Assembly: GCA_022750335.1 (NCBI GenBank)
Contig: JAKIVX010000003.1
Span: forward strand, 18,840-82,839
Direction of reading: 5' to 3'
Origin: Thermoplasmata archaeon
GTDB taxonomy: Archaea > Thermoplasmatota > Thermoplasmata > Lutacidiplasmatales > UBA184
DNA: 64,000 nt
Below are positions 46,132 through 54,391 of this stretch, one piece after another. The notes under the pieces were generated by a model that saw only the letters and a list, made by a program, of their open reading frames with translations, searched no databases and had not been told where the DNA came from. The stretch's first letter is position 1. The number at the start of each line of letters is the position of its first letter. A program made the translations under genes and the position numbers.

Positions 46132-47326
46132 GCTTGCGCACCTCCGGCGGTTTCGGACGGCTCCGGTTCTTGGACGGCCGGGACGCGAGGTGCCGCGCCG
46201 CGGGAATCGGCAGGGGCTTGCGGGCCGGAGGCGCCTTGCCGTGGGACGAGCGGGCGGGCGCGATCAACGGGACGACCCGGGGCTTCGGGGGAGGCGCCTT
46301 GGCGGGCGGGGGTGCGTGGAGCTTCGTCCACCGCTTGGTGAGCGCACGCTCGTAGAGGAGCTTCATGTACATCGCGTCGTGCTCGAGGAGCGGGGAGCTC
46401 GAGATGACGCTCACATCGTAGTCGCGTTCGGACAGGAGTTCGGCGAGCGGGTCGAACCGGACCTGGCCGCGTTTGATCGGGGTGAGCCGGAATTCGCCGG
46501 GGCCGTAGAGTTCCACGCCGGAAAAGTGCGCGTAGAGGGGCCCGTCGGTGGCGGCGACGAACTCTTTGATCACCGGAGCGATCGTCTCCGCGTTGTCAAA
46601 GATCGTCCGTTCCCGGGCGGCGAGGTGCGGGACGTTGAAGACCGGGACCGTCCCCTTCACCTTTCGAACGAGCTCGAGTACCTCCTCGCGGGAACCGAAG
46701 ACGTCGGGGTGACCGCTCGGCTCGATCCCGAGACGGACCTGACCCTTCGACAAGGCGCGCAGCCACGCCGCGAGGTCGGTCACGATCTCGGTCAGTTCCT
46801 GGACCGAATCCGCCCGGGGTCCTCCACCGTAGAATCCGAGGTGGGTCACCGCGAGTCGCGCCCCGAGACCGTGCGCGAGCACGCCCGACCACTGGATCTG
46901 GCGGGTCGACTGCTCCCGTGCGTCCGCCGAGCCGAAGAAATCGACGTAGTACGGCGCATGCAGGGTCAGGTCGACGTCGAGCGCCCGCGCGAGCTGCTTG
47001 GTCAGGTCCAAGTCGGTGTGGTCCTTGGCGAGGCTCCAGGTCAGAGTGGTGAGCGTGTCCTTGCGCTTCAGCGGGGTCGTGAACGCGGAGGCGAGGGGAG
47101 GGGTCGTGATCGGGTCGGCGGTGCCCAAGTTCACGACGAGCTGTTGGAGGAGGTCGTTCGGGATCTTCCCCACCTCCTCGTCGAAGACCGTGCGGGTCAG
47201 CGGGTTTACCTTGATGAACTGGACTTCCATGGCCGTGAGGCCGAGATGGTGCACGTCCGCAATTCCATCGCGGAGCGTCCGCCCCTTGCAAGAGAGCGGG
47301 ATCCCCGCGGGTCCGAACCGAATCAA
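46109..47326 (-). CDS. Xylose-isomerase-like TIM-barrel protein (AP-endonuclease-2 fold) with a long basic P/K/R C-terminal tail
   Basis: 'MIRFGPAGIPLSCKGRTLRDGIADVHHLGLTAMEVQF' and 'LTLHAPYY...'. The last ~75 aa are KAPPPKPR/ARKPLPIP-type low complexity. 23-nt overlap with hxlB. Confidence 0.7.
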   Translation of the reverse strand: MIRFGPAGIPLSCKGRTLRDGIADVHHLGLTAMEVQFIKVNPLTRTVFDEEVGKIPNDLLQQLVVNLGTADPITTPPLASAFTTPLKRKDTLTTLTWSLAKDHTDLDLTKQLARALDVDLTLHAPYYVDFFGSADAREQSTRQIQWSGVLAHGLGARLAVTHLGFYGGGPRADSVQELTEIVTDLAAWLRALSKGQVRLGIEPSGHPDVFGSREEVLELVRKVKGTVPVFNVPHLAARERTIFDNAETIAPVIKEFVAATDGPLYAHFSGVELYGPGEFRLTPIKRGQVRFDPLAELLSERDYDVSVISSSPLLEHDAMYMKLLYERALTKRWTKLHAPPPAKAPPPKPRVVPLIAPARSSHGKAPPARKPLPIPAARHLASRPSKNRSRPKPPEVRKHARPSHR

Positions 47327-47383
47327 GAGTAAACAGACCTCGAAACAGGCGGCGACGGCGCGGAAGGGGCGTAAAGAGTGAAA

Positions 47384-48031
47384 CTATATAGCGGGGCTCG
47401 GGCGCGCCTTTGAGACGGACCGGGTGTCGTCCGGGGCCATTCCGTGGAATCCGCGGGCGATGATATACGTCTCGGACGAACCTTCGCGCGACGCCGGCGG
47501 TTTGGTCCGGCGCACCCGGTCGAACGAGCGTTCGACCTCGGCCTGGAGCGGGTCGAGGAGGTCCCCGTCGAACACCTTCGCGACGAACGTCCCCCCCTTT
47601 CGTAAGGCGGCGTGGGCGAGGGTCAGGGCGTCCCGAACGAGTCCCACCGACCGCGCGTGGTCGGTCGCGTACGCGCCGCTGATCGAGGGCGACATGTCCG
47701 AGAGCACGACGTCGAACGTGCCCTCCCCCAACCGGGCGGGTAGACGGGCGTCCCCGACGCGGGCCCGGACGAATTCGACCCCTTCGATCGGTTCCACCAC
47801 GCGGGGGTCGACGGCGACGACCGACCCCTTGCCTCCGACCCGGTCCCGGGCGACGAGGGACCAGCCGCCCGGCGCCGCCCCGAGGTCCAGGACCCGGCCG
47901 CCGCGGTGGAGGATGTGGAATCGTTCGTCCAGATAGGACAGTTTGAAGGCCGCCCGCGACCGCAGTCCCTCCTCCTGGGCGGCCCGGTAGTACGGGTCCT
48001 TCCGCCGATCGGCCGCGAAGCGACGGCTCAT
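47384..48031 (-). CDS. rlmE: 23S rRNA (uridine-2'-O)-methyltransferase RlmE/FtsJ
   Basis: 'RKDPYYRAAQEEGLRSRAAFKLSYLDERF', SAM motif 'VLDLGAAPGGWS', 'DVVLSDMSP', 'FVAKVF'. Start trimmed to ATG 48031. Confidence 0.85.
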   Translation of the reverse strand: MSRRFAADRRKDPYYRAAQEEGLRSRAAFKLSYLDERFHILHRGGRVLDLGAAPGGWSLVARDRVGGKGSVVAVDPRVVEPIEGVEFVRARVGDARLPARLGEGTFDVVLSDMSPSISGAYATDHARSVGLVRDALTLAHAALRKGGTFVAKVFDGDLLDPLQAEVERSFDRVRRTKPPASREGSSETYIIARGFHGMAPDDTRSVSKARPSPAI

Positions 48032-48221
48032 GACCGACCGAGACGAGCCGATTACATAGCGGTGGGGCGGGTCCGGCGCAGGTGGGGCCGTCCGAATTTG
48101 AATCGGAGTCTCTTGCACCCCAAGCAAGAAGGATGGTCCAAGCTACCCCACGGCCCCGAACCGCGCCGGCGGCGCGCCGACCCGACCTAGTTAGATAATG
48201 ATTGCTTGGGCGCCCCGCCCG

Positions 48222-48404
48222 CTAGTGGACATAGAACCACGCGGCGAGCCCAACCCCGACGATGATGGCGGTGTTGAGCAGGGCGAGCCAGAAGAACGCC
48301 CAGAGGTCGGTCGTTCCCTCTTCGGGCGTCATCTCGGCCGGCGGGGAGGAGCCGCCGGGGTACGGCGTGTAGGGCGTCCGGTAACTCGAGGTGGGTCGCG
48401 TCAT
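48222..48404 (-). CDS. Hypothetical small membrane protein
   Basis: 60 aa with a Pro/Thr/Tyr-rich N-terminus and a single C-terminal TM helix (LWAFFWLALLNTAIIVGVGLAAWFYV). Confidence 0.4.
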   Translation of the reverse strand: MTRPTSSYRTPYTPYPGGSSPPAEMTPEEGTTDLWAFFWLALLNTAIIVGVGLAAWFYVH

Positions 48405-48448
48405 GCACTCCGCGCCGGAACGACCCGAACGGGGTTCTTATGGCTTCG

Positions 48449-48457
48449 GTTCGAGCC
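48449..48457. repeat. Left copy of the 9-bp direct repeat GTTCGAGCC flanking the tnpB element (TSD-like)
   Basis: Exact 9-mer repeated at 49935-49943. Each copy is 3 nt outside the inverted 12-mer. Confidence 0.55.
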
Positions 48458-49934
48458 TGCTTTGGGATTTTATTCCCGAAGAAGGAGTTGATGCAGGGCA
48501 CCGCTTCCCCCATCGTTCACGTTCCACCGGGTGCGAAAGGTTCGTGGCACTGTCTCTCCATTCCGATAATGAGGGCCCGCGACGCGCCCTCGTTGTCCCC
48601 CTCGGCCCCCTACGGGCAAAGCGACCCGTCCAGGACCCCATCGAAGGGGAACCCGAAGGCACCGAGCTCAACCCAACCAACCCTGCAGTGCGGGGACTCA
48701 TGGCCGACTTTCGTCTCCTGGTCAATGTGTGCCTGCGCGAGTTCTTGACGAGCGGAGTCACGTCGAGGGCGAAGATATCGCGATTAGCCCGAACTAGAGC
48801 GATCGAGTCGAGGGTGACCGGAACGATCGGGCTGGCCGCGGCGGACATCGCTCGCTCGCTCGCTGCGGGACACCGACGCCGAGTTCGAGAGGGAAGGGTC
48901 CCTCGAGTTCCCTACGTTCGAACTCCTTTCGTCCGAGTTCCCGAGGAGTCCTTTCACTTTGACCTCGAAACCGGGAAGCTCCGGTTGTCCGTGCGTCCTG
49001 GGGAGTGGACTTCTCTGACCCTACCCGTTTCCAACTACCTTCGGTCCGCTCTGAATCGTCCCGATCGTCGGGTCACTCAGGTGCATATTGGGTTGAATCG
49101 AGTCGTGTTCATCTGCGCCCAGACCCCGGCCCGCCCGTACACCCCGACTTCGTTGGTCGCCCTCGACACGAACGAGTCCTCCCTCGACGGTGTGGAGGTG
49201 GAAAGTGATCGTGCGACGTTCGTCCGGATCGCCTTCCCGGAGATTCGGGAGATCCAGTTCCGTCACGTCTGTCGCCGTCAGTATCTCGGGAATAAGAAGG
49301 CGCACGATCGACGGCTCTCACGCCAGCTTCTAGGGCGGGAGGGTGCCCGAGAGCGGAACCGGATCCGCTCCCGACTCCACGACCTAACTCGCTCCTTGGT
49401 CGACCAGCTCGCGAAGCATCGGGCGGTCCTCGCGCTCGAGGACTTGACCGGTCTCCCTCGACCTCGGGGGAGGTCGGTGAAGGGGGGACCGCGTCGGGCC
49501 GGTTCGAGGAGCTTTCGTCGGCGACTCTCCAACTGGCCGCAGGGGGAGCTCCACCGACAGCTCCTCTACAAGGCTGAGGATCGGGGGTCCCGATTGTCTG
49601 GCTCAATCCCTATCGTACGTCCAAAATCTGCCCGAGATGTGGTGAAGTTTCGGAACACCGAAGAAGGGTGGGGACTAGGTTCGACTGCAGGAAGTGTGGG
49701 TGGTCCTTGGACCGCCAACTGAATGCGGGTCTGAACCTGGGCATAGCTGCTCTGCGGAGAACTGCGGAGCTTGGGGGTCTTCGACTTGATCCCGACGCCC
49801 TTTCCAAGGAGTTGGTGATGCCCCTCTTCGGGTTGGTCAACGGCCGACCCGCACGGGCGGAGCGGACGGGAAGGGAACGATTTGACTCGAAGGGACGCCC
49901 GAATGGGTAGGTCTTCGAGTAAAATCCCAAAACC
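48458..49934 (+). mobile_element. 1.48-kb insertion-sequence-like element carrying only a tnpB (OrfB) gene, bounded by imperfect terminal inverted repeats
   Basis: TTTGGGATTTTA (48461-48472) and its exact reverse complement TAAAATCCCAAA (49920-49931). The similarity extends inward (TTC..GAAGA). Flanked by identical 9-mers. Inserted between two co-oriented minus-strand genes. Confidence 0.65.
48700..49910 (+). pseudogene. tnpB: TnpB/OrfB-family RuvC nuclease (IS200/IS605-IS1341 type), interrupted by a -1 frameshift at a G5 run (49583-49587)
   Basis: Frame A (to 49587) contains 'LVALDTNE' and 'VLALEDL'. The frame of ORF 49668..49910, read from 49587, gives 'VPIVWLNPYRTSKICPRCGEVSEHRRRVGTRFDCRKCGWSLDRQLNAGLNLG' (zinc ribbon plus third RuvC Asp). 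The N-terminal start (ATG 48700) is uncertain. Confidence 0.8.
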
Positions 49935-49943
49935 GTTCGAGCC
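49935..49943. repeat. Right copy of the 9-bp direct repeat GTTCGAGCC
   Basis: Identical to 48449-48457. Confidence 0.55.
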
Positions 49944-49947
49944 CCGT

Positions 49948-50655
49948 CTAGGCCGCGAACCACGGGAGACGAGCGGCCGGACCGGTCGGCTTCAGCACGA
50001 GCAGGTGCAGGTTGGCCCCCGGGTCGCCGGGAGCGTACGAATCCCGGAGCGCGAGCTGATAGAGGAGGAACAGGGCGTCCTCGTCCGAGCCGACCCCGAG
50101 CGAGCGCTGCACGTCGATCCCGAACCGGTGCTTCAAGTGGACGAGCATCTCCTCGAAGTCGACCGGGGTCGAGCCGTCGGACGACTGCGCGCGACGGAAG
50201 AGGCCGACCACGACCCCGGTCGCGACCCGGAGGACCTCCTTCGGAGGAACCGACCGGAGGTGGAAGTGGGGCGGCGGGTTGGCTCGTGCCTCGTTCGGCA
50301 CGACGAGGATCGACACCTCGTGGTCGATGGTCGAGCCGGGCGCGCGGGACAGCCGCGCCCACGCCGCCTCTGCCGCGGTGTCGTTCGGCACGACGAAGAT
50401 CGCACGACGGGTTTGGGGGGTCCCCCGGACCACCTCGACCCAGCGGTCGATCCCTGCATCCACCTCGCCGCGGGCTCCCGGGACGTACACGGGGAAGGTT
50501 CGGCGGGGTACGCCGGATTCCTGGACCCAGAAGGACGCCTCGGTGATCGGCTCACGCCGGGTGGGAACCACCCGGGAATACCCCATGCGCTTCAGTACAT
50601 TTTCGGCGTCGCGAGCGTGCTCGCCCGCGGCTCCGACCCGGCCGGAGTCTGACAT
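49948..50655 (-). CDS. Hypothetical protein (no family recognised)
   Basis: 235-aa ORF with globular-looking sequence. The N-terminal part 'AENVLKRMGYSRV...FWVQE...FPVYV' faintly recalls restriction-endonuclease-like folds, but no catalytic motif can be asserted. Confidence 0.55.
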   Translation of the reverse strand: MSDSGRVGAAGEHARDAENVLKRMGYSRVVPTRREPITEASFWVQESGVPRRTFPVYVPGARGEVDAGIDRWVEVVRGTPQTRRAIFVVPNDTAAEAAWARLSRAPGSTIDHEVSILVVPNEARANPPPHFHLRSVPPKEVLRVATGVVVGLFRRAQSSDGSTPVDFEEMLVHLKHRFGIDVQRSLGVGSDEDALFLLYQLALRDSYAPGDPGANLHLLVLKPTGPAARLPWFAA

Positions 50656-50721
50656 CGCACTCTAGAATGACCGCTTCTCGGCTTAAGCTCCACGCCCGAA
50701 CTAACTTGCAGGTGACGCGAC

Positions 50722-51639
50722 CTACGGGCGCGGTCCCACGCCCAGATGGAGGAGCGGGGCGTTCAGGACGAGGGCGACCACGATCCCGAGAAGGTACGGT
50801 CCGGAGTAGATGAACCCCCGGCGGGCCCGGCGGGGGGTCACCTCCGTCCAGAGGGGGGCCGTGAACACGACAAAGAAGGCCCCCAGCGCGAGGATCGCGA
50901 CCGCGACCGGCCAGGCGATGGTGCCGAGCAGGATGACGAGGACGGCGGCCGGAAGGAGGAGCGCGGCCGAGACGACCACGACGCGGGCGGAAAAGGCGAC
51001 GTCGTCCATCCGGGGCAGCATCGGTAGTCCCGCCCGGGCATAATCATCCTTCAGGAGGAGCGCGAGGCTCCAGAAGTGCGGGGGCGTCCACAGGAAGACG
51101 AGCAGGGCGAACGCGAGCACGCCCGGGGTCCAGTGGCCCACGGCGGCCGCGCCTCCCGCGAGGGCGGGAGCGCTCCCCGCGAAGCCCCCGATGACGATGT
51201 TCCAGCTCGACCGTGGTTTCAGCCATGCGGTGTAAACGACCACGTAGGTCAGGGCGCCCGCGAGGATCGAGATCCCGGTGAGCGGGTTGAGCGTGAGCGC
51301 GGCTCCGCCCACGCCGAGTGCGACGAAGAGGAGTCCGACGGCGGCCGCGGTCCGAGGGAGCACCCGGTCCGCCGCAAGCGGCCGGCTCCGGGTCCGCTTC
51401 ATGGCCCGGTCGCGGTCCCGCTCGAGGTAGTGGTTCAACATCCCGGAGCCGGCCGACGCGAGCGCTCCGAACCCGACCACCAGGCCGAGTCGGAGCCAAT
51501 CGATGTTCGACGGGTCGGCGAGGAAGAACCCGCCCACCGCGACAAGACAGATCAACAGCGTGATGCCGGGCTTGGCGAGCGTCCACCAGTCGCGGAGCGG
51601 GGAGCGGGGGGCGGCGGTTGCTTCGGCCGGAGACGACAC
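50722..51639 (-). CDS. ctaB: Protoheme IX farnesyltransferase (heme O synthase)
   Basis: UbiA-family polytopic protein. 'LKPGITLL', 'NHYLERDRDRAMKRTRSRPL' (NxxxDxxxD-type motif), 'YTAWLKPRS'. Confidence 0.9.
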   Translation of the reverse strand: MSSPAEATAAPRSPLRDWWTLAKPGITLLICLVAVGGFFLADPSNIDWLRLGLVVGFGALASAGSGMLNHYLERDRDRAMKRTRSRPLAADRVLPRTAAAVGLLFVALGVGGAALTLNPLTGISILAGALTYVVVYTAWLKPRSSWNIVIGGFAGSAPALAGGAAAVGHWTPGVLAFALLVFLWTPPHFWSLALLLKDDYARAGLPMLPRMDDVAFSARVVVVSAALLLPAAVLVILLGTIAWPVAVAILALGAFFVVFTAPLWTEVTPRRARRGFIYSGPYLLGIVVALVLNAPLLHLGVGPRP

Positions 51640-51675
51640 GGCGGTAGGACCTCGCCGGTGGAGCGCGGGGCTCGC

Positions 51676-52254
51676 TTAGCCTTCCCGGGGGGTCGCTGAG
51701 ACCCGAGAGGGGTCGCTCGGGAACGGGTGGGGCGACCGGGCCGGGTCGGGGTCGGGAGGTGGCGGACTCTCTTCGAGCGCCCGTCGCGCCCAGCTGACCC
51801 AGCGACTTGGCATCTCCCGGAAATTCGCGAGCAGCGCCAAGAGGAGGAGAATCCCGAAGAGGGCGGTCGCGATCCCGAGATGGGCGATGACGAGCGGCGC
51901 CTGGAGCGCGTTCTTGACGACGAGGCCCCCGAGCAGCGCCTCAGACACGACCAGGCCGAGCGAGAGCACCGACAGGCGCAGGAGCGCCGGGCGCCGCCGT
52001 TCGAACGCGCCGGCGAGCACCCCCAGCACGAGGACGCTGGAGGCGAGGAAGAACGCCATCACGCGGTGGCTCCACTCCACGGCCGCCCCTCCCTGGAAAG
52101 CGGGCAGGAAGTTGCCGTTCCCGTAGCAGGAGGGCCAGCTCGGACAGGCGAGGCCGTTGCCGCTCGCCATGACGTTCCCGCCGAGCAGGATGGTGGCATA
52201 GCAGAGGACGACGGCGAAGATGGTGGCGCATCGAAAGAGGTCGTGGCCGCGCAC
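51676..52254 (-). CDS. ctaA: Short (4-TM) heme A synthase CtaA/COX15-like
   Basis: 'GLACPSWPSC' Cys pair and 'EWSHRVMAF' His motif. 192 aa, as in short archaeal CtaA. Directly upstream of ctaB. Confidence 0.75.
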   Translation of the reverse strand: MRGHDLFRCATIFAVVLCYATILLGGNVMASGNGLACPSWPSCYGNGNFLPAFQGGAAVEWSHRVMAFFLASSVLVLGVLAGAFERRRPALLRLSVLSLGLVVSEALLGGLVVKNALQAPLVIAHLGIATALFGILLLLALLANFREMPSRWVSWARRALEESPPPPDPDPARSPHPFPSDPSRVSATPREG

Positions 52255-52264
52255 GGTGACTCCG

Positions 52265-53980
52265 CTACTGTCCTTCGGCGGCCGGAACCGGGGCGATCGT
52301 CGTCGCCGGTACGGCGGTGGGCACGGGCCGCGGGGCGCGCGCCGGCATCGAGTGGGGGAGGGGGGCCGGCCCGGTCATGCGGATCGCGAGCTCTTCCCCC
52401 CAGGGATCGGAGGTCGTCACGCGGTCGCCCGCGAAGTAACTGTAGACCATGTTGAACAGGAAAACGAGTTGGCCTATACCCAGGATGTACGCACCGATCG
52501 TCGAGGCGAGATTGAGGGCCTGGAAGTTCCCCTGCCAGAGGTAGGTGTAGACGCGGCGGGGCATCCCCTCCGCCCCGAGGATGAACATCGGGAAGAGGAG
52601 GACGTTGACCCCGACGTAGGTCAGGAGGAAATGGACCTGCCCGAGGCGTTGGTCGTACCAGCGGCGCGTGATGACGGGGTAGTAGAAGTAGATCCCCGCG
52701 AAGATCGCCATCAGCGTTCCGCCGAGCAGGATGTAGTGGAAGTGCGCGACCACGAAGTACGTCCCGTGGTAGAGGTAGTCGATCGGGACCGACGCGAGGA
52801 AGAGGCCCGACAGGCCGCCGATGACAAACCCGGTGATGAATGCGAGGCAGAACCACATCGGCACCGCCATCCAGATGCGGCCGCCCCAGAGCGTGGCGAT
52901 CCAGTTGAACGTCTTCACCGCGGACGGGACGGCGATCGCCATGGTCGCGAGCATGAAGACGAACCGGATGTTCGTGTCGATCCCGGTCACGAACATGTGG
53001 TGCTCCCAAACGGCGAACGAGAGGACGGCGAAGACGCCGAGCGAGATCGCCATCGCCCCGTATCCGAAGATGTCCTTGCGCGCGAGCTTCGGGATGATCG
53101 TGGAGACGATCCCGAACGCCGGAAGGACCATGATGTAGACTTCCGGGTGCGCGAAGAACCAGAAGATGTTCTGGTAGAGCAGCGCGCCTCCGAGGGGCGT
53201 GCCGTTCGCGGCCGCGAGGATGTGGGTCCCGAAGTTCCGGTCCGAGAGGACGAAGGTCAGGGCGATCGAAAGGGAGGGGAGGGCGAAGATGAGGAGGACC
53301 GAGTTGATGAGGGTCGCCCAGACGAAGAGCGGCATGTTCCAGTAGTGGACGCCGGGGGCGCGATGCTTCAGGATGGTAACGAGGAAATTGACCGCCCCCA
53401 GCATGGAAGAGATCGTGAGGATGTGGAGCCCGAGGATCCAGAGGTCGGGGCCGTACGGGTTGGACGGAAGGCTCTCGAGCGAGAGCGGGACGTAGCCGGT
53501 CCAACCGGCATACGCGTTCGACAGGATCAGAATGACCCCCGCGGGCGGGATCATCCAGAACGCGATCGCGTTGATCCGGGGGAGCGCCATCTCCTTGGCC
53601 CCGATCATCGAGGGGACGAGGAAATTCCCGAACCCGGCCAGCGTCGGGATGACGAACATGAAGATCATCAGCACCCCGTGCATCGTGAACAGGGTCGAGT
53701 AGACGTCCGGCGTGATCCCCAGCGTCGTCTGGGGGTCGTACCCGAGGCCCTGGACGAGCCCGAGGTCGGTGCGGATGATCGTGGCGTAGATCCCGCCGAT
53801 GAAGAAGAACAGGATCCCGACGCCGATGTACATGAGTCCGATGCGGCGGTGGTCGGTCGTGAAGGCCCACTTCTTCAGGACGCGGACCAGCCACGCGCCG
53901 TGGTACGAGAACGCCCAGAGGAGGAACCCGGCGAAGCCGACGATGACCCCGATGACGACGGCCGCGGTGGTGAAATCCAT
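52265..53980 (-). CDS. coxA: Heme-copper (cytochrome) oxidase subunit I, A-type
   Basis: '[17 protein letters not shown]', 'HHMFVTG', 'VVAHFHYIL'. 571 aa, 12 or more TM helices. Confidence 0.95.
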   Translation of the reverse strand: MDFTTAAVVIGVIVGFAGFLLWAFSYHGAWLVRVLKKWAFTTDHRRIGLMYIGVGILFFFIGGIYATIIRTDLGLVQGLGYDPQTTLGITPDVYSTLFTMHGVLMIFMFVIPTLAGFGNFLVPSMIGAKEMALPRINAIAFWMIPPAGVILILSNAYAGWTGYVPLSLESLPSNPYGPDLWILGLHILTISSMLGAVNFLVTILKHRAPGVHYWNMPLFVWATLINSVLLIFALPSLSIALTFVLSDRNFGTHILAAANGTPLGGALLYQNIFWFFAHPEVYIMVLPAFGIVSTIIPKLARKDIFGYGAMAISLGVFAVLSFAVWEHHMFVTGIDTNIRFVFMLATMAIAVPSAVKTFNWIATLWGGRIWMAVPMWFCLAFITGFVIGGLSGLFLASVPIDYLYHGTYFVVAHFHYILLGGTLMAIFAGIYFYYPVITRRWYDQRLGQVHFLLTYVGVNVLLFPMFILGAEGMPRRVYTYLWQGNFQALNLASTIGAYILGIGQLVFLFNMVYSYFAGDRVTTSDPWGEELAIRMTGPAPLPHSMPARAPRPVPTAVPATTIAPVPAAEGQ

Positions 53981-53995
53981 CCTCGTTCTCCTCCG

Positions 53996-54391
53996 TCACC
54001 CTGCGATGAGGGCCCCCAACAGGTACGCGATCCCCGCCGCGGCCGCAACCACGATCGCCCACCGGAAGAATCGGGCGATGTTCCGGTCGGTGACGGGTCC
54101 GGGCGGCGTCGGGTGGATGGTCCGGCCGAGCGGCCACACCCGGTACATCCGGTCGACGAGATGGAGGGCCACCGTCGCCATCAGGAACGAGAGCGCGAGC
54201 GCGAGCCCGAACGACTCCTGCGCGCCCGGGCTGGTCAGGGGCCCGACCCACACGACGATGTAGAACACGAGAACCCCGATCCCGAGGATCATGAGCGCGA
54301 TGACCGCGGTGTAGAGGTCGAGGACCCGGTTCCGGAGATGGCGGAACTCCGCGGGCGTGAGCTCGGGCAGGGCCGACCCGGCGCTACTCAA
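53996..54391 (-). CDS. Hypothetical membrane protein within the oxidase operon
   Basis: 131 aa with about four hydrophobic helices. 15 nt upstream of coxA. No family recognised. Confidence 0.5.
   Translation of the reverse strand: MSSAGSALPELTPAEFRHLRNRVLDLYTAVIALMILGIGVLVFYIVVWVGPLTSPGAQESFGLALALSFLMATVALHLVDRMYRVWPLGRTIHPTPPGPVTDRNIARFFRWAIVVAAAAGIAYLLGALIAG

Noticed and set aside
48441-48460. 'GGTTCGAGCC' resembles a tRNA T-arm (GGTTCGAATCC), suggesting insertion into a tRNA gene
   Set aside because: The flanking bases do not form a T-stem, acceptor stem or anticodon arm. No tRNA can be folded around it.
48440-48748. 102-aa ORF (with GGAG-ATG internal start at 48491) inside the tnpB leader
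   Set aside because: S/P-rich sequence that crosses the left inverted repeat and the tnpB start. No motif; treated as non-coding leader.
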